DNA of 64,000 nt from Candidatus Doudnabacteria bacterium (lineage in GTDB: Bacteria; Patescibacteriota; Doudnabacteria; UBA920): assembly GCA_963768175.1 (NCBI GenBank), contig CAVYGQ010000001.1, positions 766,305-830,304 on the forward strand. The letters are read 5' to 3'. Shown in pieces: positions 8,962 to 18,400 of this stretch (within the stretch, counting starts at the first letter, position 1; every line of letters begins with the position of its first letter). Made by a program: the position numbers and the translations under genes. The notes beneath the pieces were generated by a model, which saw only the letters and a program-made list of their open reading frames with translations, did not search any database and was not told the DNA's origin.

Positions 8962-9908
8962 AATAGTTGCCGTTGCGCTATTTTTGTAATAGCTGTAAAT
9001 TGAATTTTGGCTTTATTGTCTTTTGTATTTTGAATTCGTTTTATAGGGAGCATTATTTTATCCATTTCTCGTAGTCTTTTTATTGACAAATCCAAATACT
9101 TCTCTTCCATATCAATACCGATAAACTTTCTTTTAAAAGCGCTGGCCGCAATTCCGGTGGTGGAACTTCCGGTAAAAGGATCCAAGATCACATCTCCTTC
9201 TTTAGTACTTGCCAAAACAATTCGCTTAAGCAAATCTATGGGCTTTTGGGTTGGGTGTTTACCGAACTTTTTTTCTGACTTTCTTGGGGTCAGAATAGAC
9301 CAAACAGAGCGCATCTGCAAGCCTTCTTTCTTTAAAAAATCTTCAGGCCATTGGCCGTTCTTCATTAAATCATAATTAAAGGTGTGCTTGGCCTTTTTAT
9401 CTTTTCGCGCCCAAATAATAGTTTCATGGCTAGCGGTAAAAAAACGGCAACTTAAATTTGGTGAGGCATTTGGCTTAAACCAAGAAATATCGTTTAGAAT
9501 GTGATATCCCAAAGCCTGCAATGCATGGCCGCATTGATAAATGGAGTGGTAAGTACCGCTAACCCAAAGGCTGCCTGCCGGTTTTAAAACTCTTTTACAT
9601 GCTTCTAGCCATTTAAAATGAAATTCGTAATCGTCCTTAAAACCTTTACTTTTGTCCCAGTTCCCTTTGTTTACGCTTACCATTCTTCCTGCGTGTACAG
9701 AAAAACCTCCATTAGATAAGTTGTATGGGGGGTCGGCAAAAATCATATCTACACTATTTTCCGGAAGCTGACTTAAAATATCCAGACAGTTTGCATGATA
9801 CAAAACAAAATTATCCTTAATAAAATAAGGTTTTTGGGCGATATTGGATAATATTTTCGCTCCGTTTTCCATTTTTTTTCTTTTGTTGATTTTTCGTCTT
9901 TTTTTCAT
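8958..9908 (-). CDS. beta-class amino DNA methyltransferase (N4-cytosine or N6-adenine), motif IV DPPY preceding motif I; true start probably the internal ATG (MENGAK, about 9872)
   Basis: MIFADPPYNL (DPPY); C-terminal ILDPFTGSSTTGIAA (FxGxG-like AdoMet-binding loop); the -10 box abuts the first ATG. Confidence 0.8.
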   Translation of the reverse strand: MKKRRKINKRKKMENGAKILSNIAQKPYFIKDNFVLYHANCLDILSQLPENSVDMIFADPPYNLSNGGFSVHAGRMVSVNKGNWDKSKGFKDDYEFHFKWLEACKRVLKPAGSLWVSGTYHSIYQCGHALQALGYHILNDISWFKPNASPNLSCRFFTASHETIIWARKDKKAKHTFNYDLMKNGQWPEDFLKKEGLQMRSVWSILTPRKSEKKFGKHPTQKPIDLLKRIVLASTKEGDVILDPFTGSSTTGIAASAFKRKFIGIDMEEKYLDLSIKRLREMDKIMLPIKRIQNTKDNKAKIQFTAITKIAQRQLL

Positions 9909-9948
9909 AGTATACTATCGTTCACCTTATGTCAACCCCATTAAAAAA
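9909..9948 (-). promoter_or_regulatory. sigma70-like promoter module TTGACA-N16-TATACT with conserved spacer ggtgaacgatag; duplicated upstream of the Fic gene (34627..34666)
   Basis: Reverse complement reads ttgacataaggtgaacgatagtatact; the same 38-bp module recurs at 34628..34666. Confidence 0.5.
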
Positions 9949-10114
9949 GCTATAAAACAAGGGGGGTAAAAATATTTATCCACATTTATCTAAATACAAA
10001 AATACTTTCTAACGGGGTAAAGTGGATAACTTTTAGGCCTTTATCTACTATTATTCTAACAAAAATCCCGCGCCGATGGAAATCGGAGCAGGATTTTATA
10101 TGGGGACAAAACAT

Positions 10115-13100
10115 CTACTCTTCCCCTTCTTCCATAGCGCTGGAGGCGGCGGCTTCCAATTGCAAATTTTCTCTGGCAATTTGTTCGGTAAAACCGGTGC
10201 CGGCCGGAATAAGTTTGCCAATAATGACATTCTCTTTCAAACCGCGCAAATAATCGGTCTTGCCGGTAACAGCGGCTTCTATTAACACACGGGTTGTCTC
10301 TTGGAATGAAGCTGCGGCCAAAAAGGAATCGGTATTTAAAGATACCTTGGTAATGCCCATAAGCAGCTGTTCGGACTGAACTGGGCGTTTGCCCGCGGCT
10401 TTAAGCTCGGCGTTAATAAAACCCAGCTTGGCCTTGTCCGCGACTTCGCCTACCGTTAATTCGCTGTCGCCGGAATCGGTTACCCTGACCTTGCTGAACA
10501 TTTGCTTAACAATAATTTCAATGTGTTTGTCGTGAATGTTTTGCCCCTGGGAAACGTAAATATCCTGGACTTCCTTGACAATATATTTTTGCGCCGCTTC
10601 CACGCCGCGCAAATGCATAATTTGTCCGGGATTTAAGTTGCCTTCGGTCAGCTGCTGGCCTTTGGTAACCAAGTCGCCGTCTTTAAGCAGCAGCGACAGC
10701 GAAGCCGGAATGATATATTCTTTAACCTGGTCGCTTTCGTGAAAAATAATAATTTGGTTTTTTTCTCCGCCGGAGGCCGATCCCGCTCTGCGGGACAAAC
10801 GGACCATACCGGCGGTTTTGGCCTTAACGGCTTTGCCGCTTTCGTCTATGTATAATGTTTCCCCGGATTCAACCTTACTGCCGTCTTTAATGGTAGATTG
10901 CGCCCGGCCTAAATCGTAAGTGTCTTTGGTGGCGTCCTCACCCTGAATCCTGATAATATATTCTTTGTTATTGGGTTTGGCAATGTAAACCTGCCCGTCT
11001 ATTTCCGACACATAAGCCTGTCCTTTGGGCTCGCGGGCTTCAAACAACTCTTCCACGCGGGGCAAACCTTGGGTAATATCTTTAACCGAAGCCGAGCCTC
11101 CGGTATGGAAGGTTCTCATGGTCAGCTGGGTGCCCGGCTCGCCAATGGATTGGGCAGCCACAATTCCCACAGCCGCGCCAAGGCGGACCATATCGTTAAA
11201 GCCCAAATCGTAACCATAGCAAAGCCTGCAAACTCCCCTGGAAAGCTTGCATTTCAATACGCTTCTGCATTTTACCTCTTCAATTCCGGCGTCTACAATT
11301 TTTTTGGCCTGCAAATCGTCAATCCCGTGATTTTTTTCCACAATGACATTACCTTTTTTATCCTTTAACTCTTCGGCGGCCACCCGGCCGAATAATCTCC
11401 TGTCAAAAGGCTTGTTCATGCGCTTGCTCTCTTCCTGGGTTATCAGGTCACAGTCTAGAGTGCCGCAGTCCTCGCTGTTAACTACAATGTCCTGGGCCAC
11501 GTCCACCAGGCGGCGGGTTAAGTAGCCGGCATCGGCCGTGCGCATGGCGGTGTCGGACATGCCTTTCCGGCTGCCGTGCGTGGAAATAAAATATTCCAAA
11601 ACGTTTAAACCTTCTTTAAAACTGCCCTTAACCGGAAGCTCAATAACGTCACCAGCCGGATTAACCACCAGTCCCTTCATGCCGGACATTTGGGTAATTT
11701 GGGAAAATGACCCTCTGGCCCCCGAGGACACAAAATAATTGACGCTGCCGTATTCGGCCACGGTGCCGTTAACCGACTTGGCGATTTTTTCCGAAACGTC
11801 AGCCCAAATTTCCACCACGCGGTTATAACGTTCGTCTTCGGTCAGCAAGCCTTCCTGATATTGCTGGTAAGTGCCTTCCACTTCCCCGTCGGCGGTTTTC
11901 AGCGTCTCATATTTGCCGGCCGGAACCAACAGGTCGTCCATGCCCCAGGACAAGCCGGACTTTTTCATATAGTAAAAACCCGTGCGCTTAATTTCATCAA
12001 TCAGCTCCGCGGTCTTTTCGTTGCCGAGCAGGCGGTGCGCTTCGCGCACCAGGCCCTGTAATTTCTTTTTATCAAAATTGTCATTGCGGAAACCCAGCTC
12101 CGGAGGCACAACTTTATTAAAAATCAGCCGGCCCACGGAAGTCTCCACGATTTCGCCGTTTTCTCCGCCAGTGACGGATCCGCCTTCGGCGGACAGCCTA
12201 ACTTTAATTTTGGCCTGGATATGGACGTAGCCGTTATTGTAAGCCAAAATGGCTTCAGCGGGGGAAGAAAATATTTTGCCTTCGCCCTTCTGGCCCAAGC
12301 GAATTCTGGTAATATAATAACAACCCACCACCACGTCTTTGTCCGGAGTCATAACCGGATCTCCCGAAGCGGGCTTAAGCAAATTGTGCGCGGAAACCAT
12401 AATTTCGCGCGCTTCCTTTTGCGCTAATTCCGTCAAAGGCACGTGCACGGCCATTTGGTCGCCGTCAAAATCCGCATTAAACGCGGCGCAGACCATGGGG
12501 TGCAGCTGAATGGCCTTGCCTTCTATTAATACCGGCTGGAAGGCCTGAAAACCCAGGCGGTGCAAAGTCGGAGCGCGGTTTAATAAAACATAGTGGTCTT
12601 TGGTGACTTCTTCCAAAATGTCGTAAACTTCGGTCCTGCCCTGTTCAATCAGGCGGTTGGCGCTGCGAACGTTATGCGCGTACTCGCGGCCGATAAGCTT
12701 GCTGATAACAAAAGGCTTAAACAGCTCCAGTGCCATCATTTTTGGCAGGCCGCATTGATGCAGTTTCAGGTTGGGACCCACCACAATAACGCTGCGGCCG
12801 CTGTAATCCACGCGCTTGCCCAAAAGGTTTTGGCGGAAGCGCCCCTGCTTGCCTTTAAGCATGTCGGCCAAAGAGCGCAGCTTTCTTTTTTGGCCCGTGC
12901 TGGCGGTGACTTCCTTGCCGTGGCGGATGCTGTTGTCAATAAGCGCGTCCACCGCTTCCTGCAGCATGCGCTTTTCATTTCTGGTAATGACTTCCGGCGC
13001 CTTAATTTCCAAAAGTTTTTTTAAACGATTGTTGCGGTTAATGACGCGGCGGTATAAATCGTTTAGGTCCGAGGCCGCAAACCGGCCGCCGTCTAGCTGC

Positions 13101-14071
13101 ACCATGGGGCGCAAATCCGGCGGGATGACCGGCAACATGGAAATAAGCATCCATTCGGGCCGCAGGCCGGAGTTGATTAACGATTTTACCAGCTTCATGC
13201 GTTTTAAAATTTTTCTCTCGGCCTGGCCTTCCAAATTCGGCAAGCTGGTTTGCAAATCCGAAAGCAGCTGCTCCAGGTTGATCTCTTCCAAAAGCCCTTT
13301 TATGCCTTCGGCGCCAATACTGGCCGAAAACACCGGCCCGTATTTTAAAGACAAATCGCGATACTGGAGTTCGCTGATAATTTGCATTTTCTTGATGGAC
13401 TTCAGCTCGGCTCTGGCCTGGTCGCGGATGCTTTCTAGGGCTTGCAGTTCCTTGCTCCAGGCGTCTTTCAGCCGGGTGACTTCCGCGTCAATTTCCGCCT
13501 GAAAGATGTCCGGATCTTTTTGGGAAGATTTTTGCCCGATGCTGGATTTGGATTTGCCGATTAAAGTTTCAAATTTCTCTTCAATGACTTTCTTCTTGGC
13601 TTTAAACTCGTGTTCAATCTGCTCCAAAGTTGACATTCTGGCTTCTTCGTCCACGGAGTTGATAATGTAAGCCGCAAAATAAATAACTTTTTCCAGCTCC
13701 TGTACGCCCAAATCCAAAATCAAACCCAAACGGGAAGGCACGCCGCGCAAAAACCAGATGTGCGCGGTCGGCACGGCCAGTTTAATGTGGCCCATGCGCT
13801 CGCGCCTGACGGAGGATTTGGTGACTTCCACGCCGCACTTGTCGCAGACAATCCCCTTGTAGCGGATTCTTTTGTATTTGCCGCAATAGCACTCCCAGTC
13901 TTTTATGGGGCCGAAAATCTTTTCGTCAAAAAGCCCGTCCTTTTCCGGGCGCTGGGTGCGGTAATTAATGGTTTCCGGCTTGGTAACTTCGCCGTGCGAC
14001 CACTGCATAATGGTCTCCGGGCTGGCGAGCTTCAACCGTACGCCTTTGAAATCTTCTGTCTGTGTGAACAT
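10115..14071 (-). CDS. rpoC: DNA-directed RNA polymerase subunit beta'
   Basis: NADFDGDQMAVHVPL catalytic loop; zinc-binding CYCGKYKRIRYKGIVCDKCGVEV; 1318 aa. Confidence 0.97.
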   Translation of the reverse strand: MFTQTEDFKGVRLKLASPETIMQWSHGEVTKPETINYRTQRPEKDGLFDEKIFGPIKDWECYCGKYKRIRYKGIVCDKCGVEVTKSSVRRERMGHIKLAVPTAHIWFLRGVPSRLGLILDLGVQELEKVIYFAAYIINSVDEEARMSTLEQIEHEFKAKKKVIEEKFETLIGKSKSSIGQKSSQKDPDIFQAEIDAEVTRLKDAWSKELQALESIRDQARAELKSIKKMQIISELQYRDLSLKYGPVFSASIGAEGIKGLLEEINLEQLLSDLQTSLPNLEGQAERKILKRMKLVKSLINSGLRPEWMLISMLPVIPPDLRPMVQLDGGRFAASDLNDLYRRVINRNNRLKKLLEIKAPEVITRNEKRMLQEAVDALIDNSIRHGKEVTASTGQKRKLRSLADMLKGKQGRFRQNLLGKRVDYSGRSVIVVGPNLKLHQCGLPKMMALELFKPFVISKLIGREYAHNVRSANRLIEQGRTEVYDILEEVTKDHYVLLNRAPTLHRLGFQAFQPVLIEGKAIQLHPMVCAAFNADFDGDQMAVHVPLTELAQKEAREIMVSAHNLLKPASGDPVMTPDKDVVVGCYYITRIRLGQKGEGKIFSSPAEAILAYNNGYVHIQAKIKVRLSAEGGSVTGGENGEIVETSVGRLIFNKVVPPELGFRNDNFDKKKLQGLVREAHRLLGNEKTAELIDEIKRTGFYYMKKSGLSWGMDDLLVPAGKYETLKTADGEVEGTYQQYQEGLLTEDERYNRVVEIWADVSEKIAKSVNGTVAEYGSVNYFVSSGARGSFSQITQMSGMKGLVVNPAGDVIELPVKGSFKEGLNVLEYFISTHGSRKGMSDTAMRTADAGYLTRRLVDVAQDIVVNSEDCGTLDCDLITQEESKRMNKPFDRRLFGRVAAEELKDKKGNVIVEKNHGIDDLQAKKIVDAGIEEVKCRSVLKCKLSRGVCRLCYGYDLGFNDMVRLGAAVGIVAAQSIGEPGTQLTMRTFHTGGSASVKDITQGLPRVEELFEAREPKGQAYVSEIDGQVYIAKPNNKEYIIRIQGEDATKDTYDLGRAQSTIKDGSKVESGETLYIDESGKAVKAKTAGMVRLSRRAGSASGGEKNQIIIFHESDQVKEYIIPASLSLLLKDGDLVTKGQQLTEGNLNPGQIMHLRGVEAAQKYIVKEVQDIYVSQGQNIHDKHIEIIVKQMFSKVRVTDSGDSELTVGEVADKAKLGFINAELKAAGKRPVQSEQLLMGITKVSLNTDSFLAAASFQETTRVLIEAAVTGKTDYLRGLKENVIIGKLIPAGTGFTEQIARENLQLEAAASSAMEEGEE

Positions 14072-14078
14072 AGAGGAA

Positions 14079-14116
14079 GTGATTAGTGCTTAGTGGTTAG
14101 TGGTTAGTTTGTAGTG
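14079..14116. repeat. degenerate TAGTG-type tandem repeat immediately upstream of the rpoC start
   Basis: gtgattagtgcttagtggttagtggttagtttgtagtg. Confidence 0.7.
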
Positions 14117-14160
14117 CAGGCCATTGGCCTGCCTTGATGTAAATGAAATATTTTCTCTTC

Positions 14161-14259
14161 GGCGTCATTCTGAGGGAGTGCATCCGACCGAAGAATCTCT
14201 AACCTGCATGAGATCCTTCGCCCGCTTGCTTTTACCGATGACGGGCTCAGGATGACGCC
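14161..14259. mobile_element. MITE-like palindromic element copy 1 (99 bp) with 14-bp terminal inverted repeats GGCGTCATTCTGAG/CTCAGGATGACGCC
   Basis: Terminal inverted repeats plus internal gcatccgaccgaag/atgagatccttcg motifs shared with the copies at 25348, 27879, 29169 and 57073. Confidence 0.75.
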
Positions 14260-14345
14260 ACTAGTAGGTGCCCTTTACAACTCTCTCTCTGTGTGCTATT
14301 TTTAGCTGTCCGATTCTTTTCGGAATGCGAAGGAGGTGAATTACA

Positions 14346-14624
14346 GTGGCTAACGTCCACAGACTGCTTGAAAATGTGGGGAAGGAGCTTCGTGCCTCTC
14401 GGGCAGGAGTAGGCATGTATTACGCTGGAATGGGAGCCAGAGAGCAAGGCCAAGTGGTGGAGAAAAATATGGAAAGGACTGAAATCAGGCTGGCAAGTAT
14501 CGCTCTACGGCTGAAACAAATCCAGTACGCCGCCGACATCGGAGACCTCACCGAAATCAAGCGGCTGCTCGCCGAGGAGATCCCGGTCAATGTTCTGCAA
14601 GCCCCGCAAACCCAGCCTGCCTAA
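14346..14624 (+). CDS. hypothetical 92-aa protein (GTG start, AGGAGG RBS), GC-rich cargo of cassette unit 1
   Basis: aggaggtg RBS 8 nt upstream; higher GC than the flanks; no family match recognised. Confidence 0.35.
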   Translation: MANVHRLLENVGKELRASRAGVGMYYAGMGAREQGQVVEKNMERTEIRLASIALRLKQIQYAADIGDLTEIKRLLAEEIPVNVLQAPQTQPA

Positions 14625-14630
14625 CTCGCG

Positions 14631-14735
14631 CCCGCCGGCGCAGACCTGCTTTGGCATCCGTAGATGCCCAAGTGGCGCCGCGGCAACCCCTTTTTTGACC
14701 GTTCAATCCGGTCAGGAGGGGTAATTTTTTTGCCC
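14631..14735 (+). terminator. conserved structured 3' element (nested hairpins cggcgc...ggcatc-cgta-gatgcc...gcgccg) followed by a CCCC...GGGG hairpin and U-tract
   Basis: The copy at 15128..15232 shows compensatory changes (ggcatc/gatgcc versus gacatc/gatgtc). Confidence 0.45.
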
Positions 14736-14847
14736 ACATTTATTTACATATGTAGAGGGCAGTCCGCCATAGCCTCTTTGTCCGACGAAGCTTTAGCGTA
14801 GTCGGATTTATCGGCTTAATTTTGAAATTTGGTATTGAAAATTGTGT

Positions 14848-14930
14848 AGCCGACCCGAATCTACAAATTGTATCCGAATGTTCCGAATTCGTGTCATTCG
14901 CGTGTAATTCGTATATCCGGATCGGTTATT
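14848..14930 (+). promoter_or_regulatory. CGAAT-rich promoter-associated element containing the core GACCCGAATCTACAAA
   Basis: Core shared with 51953..51968 and 62897..62912 (reverse complement); followed by ccgaat/attcg repeats. Confidence 0.45.
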
Positions 14931-15001
14931 GCTCTTTACAAACCTCTCTCTTATGTGCTATTTTTAGCTGCCCGATTCTTTCGGAAGGTGAAGAGGGTTT
15001 A

Positions 15002-15109
15002 TGAAAAAAAACGATTGGCAAATCTTGATATTGTTGATAGTGGTAGTAATCGCGACAATCGTCACAGTTGGTGGGGTGATCCTGTCAGCCATCGCCGTCC
15101 ATCACTGAT
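15002..15109 (+). CDS. 35-aa hydrophobic (single-TM) peptide MKKNDWQILILLIVVVIATIVTVGGVILSAIAVHH
   Basis: ATG with gaagaggg RBS inside the conserved leader of unit 2; not in the track (under 60 aa). Confidence 0.35.
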
Positions 15110-15127
15110 TCGTCGCCTCCCCGCCAC

Positions 15128-15232
15128 GCCCGCCGGCGCAGACCTGTTTTGACATCCAAAGATGTCAGAGCGGCGCCGCGGCAGCCCCTATCCAGTCGTT
15201 CAAACCGACGGAACCTGGGGCTTTTCTTTTTG
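15128..15232 (+). terminator. second copy of the conserved structured 3' element plus U-tract
   Basis: cgcccgccggcgcagacctgttttgacatccaaagatgtcagagcggcgccgcgg ... ggggcttttcttttt. Confidence 0.45.
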
Positions 15233-15258
15233 TAAATTTTTTAAGGTTCTTTGTCTTA

Positions 15259-15347
15259 TCCCCCTCTTAATATAAGAGGGGGTAGGGGGTGATATTTATC
15301 TTTGCGATAATATCCCCTCCTAGCCTCCCCTTATTCTAAGGGGAGGA
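15259..15347. repeat. C/G-rich palindromic element (two hairpins: ccccctctta-ata-taagaggggg and cctcccc-ttattctaa-ggggagg), intergenic, downstream of rpoB
   Basis: Member of the same poly-C/poly-G palindrome family as 4928, 23448, 35291 and 59194. Confidence 0.65.
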
Positions 15348-15370
15348 ATATTGTACCTATGTCTTCTCCT

Positions 15371-15408
15371 ATTCACTATTCACTATTCACTATTGCCTAT
15401 TCGCTATT
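15371..15408. repeat. heptamer tandem repeat (TATTCAC)n abutting the rpoB stop codon
   Basis: attcactattcactattcactattgcctattcgctatt. Confidence 0.75.
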
Positions 15409-18400
15409 TCTTCTTCTCCTTTTTCGGCTTTTTCTTAACTTCATCATCAAACAAAGAAGTTTCGGCTAAAATCGGCACTACCGGCGGTAAATTAGGCACT
15501 ACGATTTCCGGCTCTTCCGCCGCACTGCTTACCGCACCGTCGCGGCCTAAAAGCTCTACATCCATACACAGCGACTGGAGCTCTTTTACCAATACGCGGA
15601 AAGACTCCGGGATGTTCGGCTTTTTAATAGCTTCCCCTTTTACAATGGCCTCATAAGTTTTTGAACGGCCAACCACATCATCCGATTTTATAGTCAGCAT
15701 TTCCTGCAAAGTGTGCGCCGCGCCATAGCCTTCCAGCGCCCAAACTTCCATTTCCCCAAAACGCTGGCCGCCGAACTGGGCTTTTCCGCCCAAAGGCTGC
15801 TGGGTAATTAGGCTATACGGGCCAGTACTGCGGGCGTGCATCTTGTCGTCAACAAGATGGTGAAGCTTTAAGAAATACATAACTCCCACGGTAACTTTTT
15901 CGTCAAAAGGCTCGCCGGTTTTGCCGTCGTAAAGCGTCACCTTGCCGTCTTGTGGGATGCCGGCCTTTTTAAGCTCTTCTTTAATTTTATGTTCGGGTAC
16001 CCCGTCTAAAACGGGAGTCGCCACTTTATAACCCAGGCGATGGGCGGCCATGCCCATGTGGGTTTCCAAAATTTGACCCAGGTTCATGCGGGACACAACG
16101 CCAAGCGGGTTTAAAATAATATCCACGGGAGTGCCGTCTTCCATAAACGGCAGGTCTTCCACCGGAATAATTTTGGAAATGACGCCTTTGTTGCCGTGGC
16201 GGCCAGCCATTTTGTCGCCGACCTGGACTTTGCGCAAAACCGCGACCGAGACCTGGATGCTGCGAATAACGCCGCTTTGCAGCTTGTCCCCGGCTTCGCG
16301 CGTAAACTGGCGGATGTTAACGACTTTTCCGTATTCGCCGTGCGGCAAGGTAAGGGAAGTATCTTTCACGTCCCGGGACTTTTCGCCGAAAATAACTCTC
16401 AGGAGTTTTTCTTCCGCGGTTAAATCGGTCTCACCTTTGGGCGTGATTTTGCCGACTAAAATATCGCCAGCTTTTATCTGGGCACCAATGCGGATAATGC
16501 CGTTCTCGTCCAAATCCTTTAATTTTTCCTCGCCGACATTGGGAATATCCCGCGTTACCTGCTCCGGCCCGAGTTTGGTATCGCGCACGTCTATTTTAAA
16601 ATCATCAATGTGAATGCTGCTATAACGATCCTGCTGCACCAAGCGTTCGGAAATTAAAACCGCATCTTCGTAGTTGCCTCCCTCCCAAGACATAAAGGCC
16701 ACCAGCACATTTTGGCCCAAAGCCAGCTCGCCGCGATCCGTGGAGGCGCCGTCGGCTAAAATTTCGCCTTTCTTAATAGTCTGTCCCTTATTTACGCGGG
16801 CAATTTGGTTAATAGAGGTAGCGGAATTGGTACGCAAAAATTTCAGCAAAGGGTATTCTTTCTTTTTGCCTTTTTCGCCGACCACAATAATTTTTTCTCC
16901 GGTCACGGAAGTTACGATGCCGTCTTCATCGGCCAAAACCACGGTGCCACTGTCGCGCGCGGCCTTGCCTTCCATGCCCGTGCCGACTATGGGCGCTTCG
17001 GGCTTAATGCAGGACACGGCCTGGCGCTGCATGTTACTGCCCATAAGCGCGCGGTTGGCATCGTCGTGTTCCAAAAACGGAATCAACGAAGTGGTAACGG
17101 AAATAATTTGTTTTGGGGAAACATCCAAATAGTCTATGTCGTCGGTAGAAGCCATGGTCGGCACGGCGCGCACCCGGACGCTGGCTCTTAAATCCGCAAA
17201 GTGCCCGCGGTCATCAAGGTTAATATTGCTTTGGGCGATAATCAGCCGCTCTTCTTCATAAGCGTCCAAATATCTAATTTTATCCGTAACGCGGGGCTTA
17301 ATGCGGATTTCCAAAAGCTGGTGGTTTTTTGCCACTTCTTTGGCTTTGCCTGCGGTAATGGTTTCTCCGGCGGTAACTATTACGTCGCCTTTTTCGTCTT
17401 TAATATCATAAAGGGAAATTTCGTCTGCCAGATCCTTGCCGTCGTTTTTGGCGGATTTTTTTACCACCCGGTAGGGCGTTTCAATAAATCCAAAATTATT
17501 TACCCGCGCGTAAGTGGCCAAGTGGGCTACCAGCCCGATGTTCGGTCCTTCCGGCGTGGTAATCGGGCAAAGCCGCCCGTAGTGGCTGTGGTGCACGTCG
17601 CGGACTTCAAATCCGGCGCGCTCACGGGAAAGCCCTCCCGGCCCCATGGCAGACAGCCTTCTTTTGTGCTCCAGCTCGGCCAAAGGATTAGTCTGATCCA
17701 TAAATTGCGACAGCTGCGAAGAGGAAAAAAATTCCTGCATGGTCGCCACAATCGGCCGGACATGAATAAGCTGGGCCGGAGTCACGGTATCTAAATCCGC
17801 CAAGGACATGCGGTCTTTGGCAATTCTGGCCATGCGGGCAAGGCCTACGCGGAAACGGGCCTGGATAAGTTCGCCTACGGCCCTGACGCGGCGGTTAGCC
17901 AGGTGGTCAATATCATCCGGTGTGCCTTGGGAGTTGTTTAATTTAATTATTTCGCGAACGGCTATGACCAAATCTTCTTTGGTCAAAATCTGCCTATCTC
18001 GCTCTCTTAAAGCCGAGGCGGGGCTTTCGTTACCATCAACGTGCAAACGCTGATTAAACTTATAGCGGCCGACCGCGGAAAGATCATAACGTTCGGTGTT
18101 AAAAAACATTCCGGAAATTAAAGACTTGGCATTGTCTACCGTGGCTAAATCACCGGGTCTGATTCTTTTATAAACTTCCTTATAGCCTTCGTCCGGGTTG
18201 GTAGAGGCGTCCTTTTCCAAAGTGTTTTGGATATATTTGGTGTCCGGGTCGGTATCGACATCGGCAAAAGCGGCTAATATTTCTTCATTGCTGCCTAAGC
18301 CAAAAACTCGCAGTAGCGCGGTTATGGGGATTCTTCTTTTGCGGTCGATTTTAACGCCAATCACGCCGGTGGCGTCGGTATCCAGTTCCAGCCAGGCGCC

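Larger units (their letters stand above)
14273..14740 (+). repeat. cassette-like unit 1: conserved 5' leader tgtgctatttttagctgNccgattcttt, RBS, 92-aa ORF, conserved structured 3' element and U-tract
   Basis: Leader and 3' element are duplicated in unit 2 (14935..15235) while the ORF cargo differs. Confidence 0.6.
14935..15235 (+). repeat. cassette-like unit 2: same conserved leader and 3' element as unit 1, carrying a 35-aa hydrophobic peptide ORF
   Basis: tatgtgctatttttagctgcccgattctttcgg leader; 3' element at 15128..15232. Confidence 0.6.

Noticed and set aside
12816-13502. 228-aa plus-strand ORF, and many other 60-150-aa ORFs, lying antisense within rpoC and rpoB
   Set aside because: They lie entirely inside strongly supported housekeeping genes on the opposite strand. 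They arise from the high-GC, codon-biased composition of the antisense frames and show no RBS or motif support.
14868-15152. 94-aa ORF spanning the CGAAT-rich element, the conserved cassette leader and the 3' structured element
   Set aside because: It reads through three recognisable non-coding modules in a frame that ignores the RBS-linked 35-aa peptide ORF. It is probably an artefact of ORF calling.
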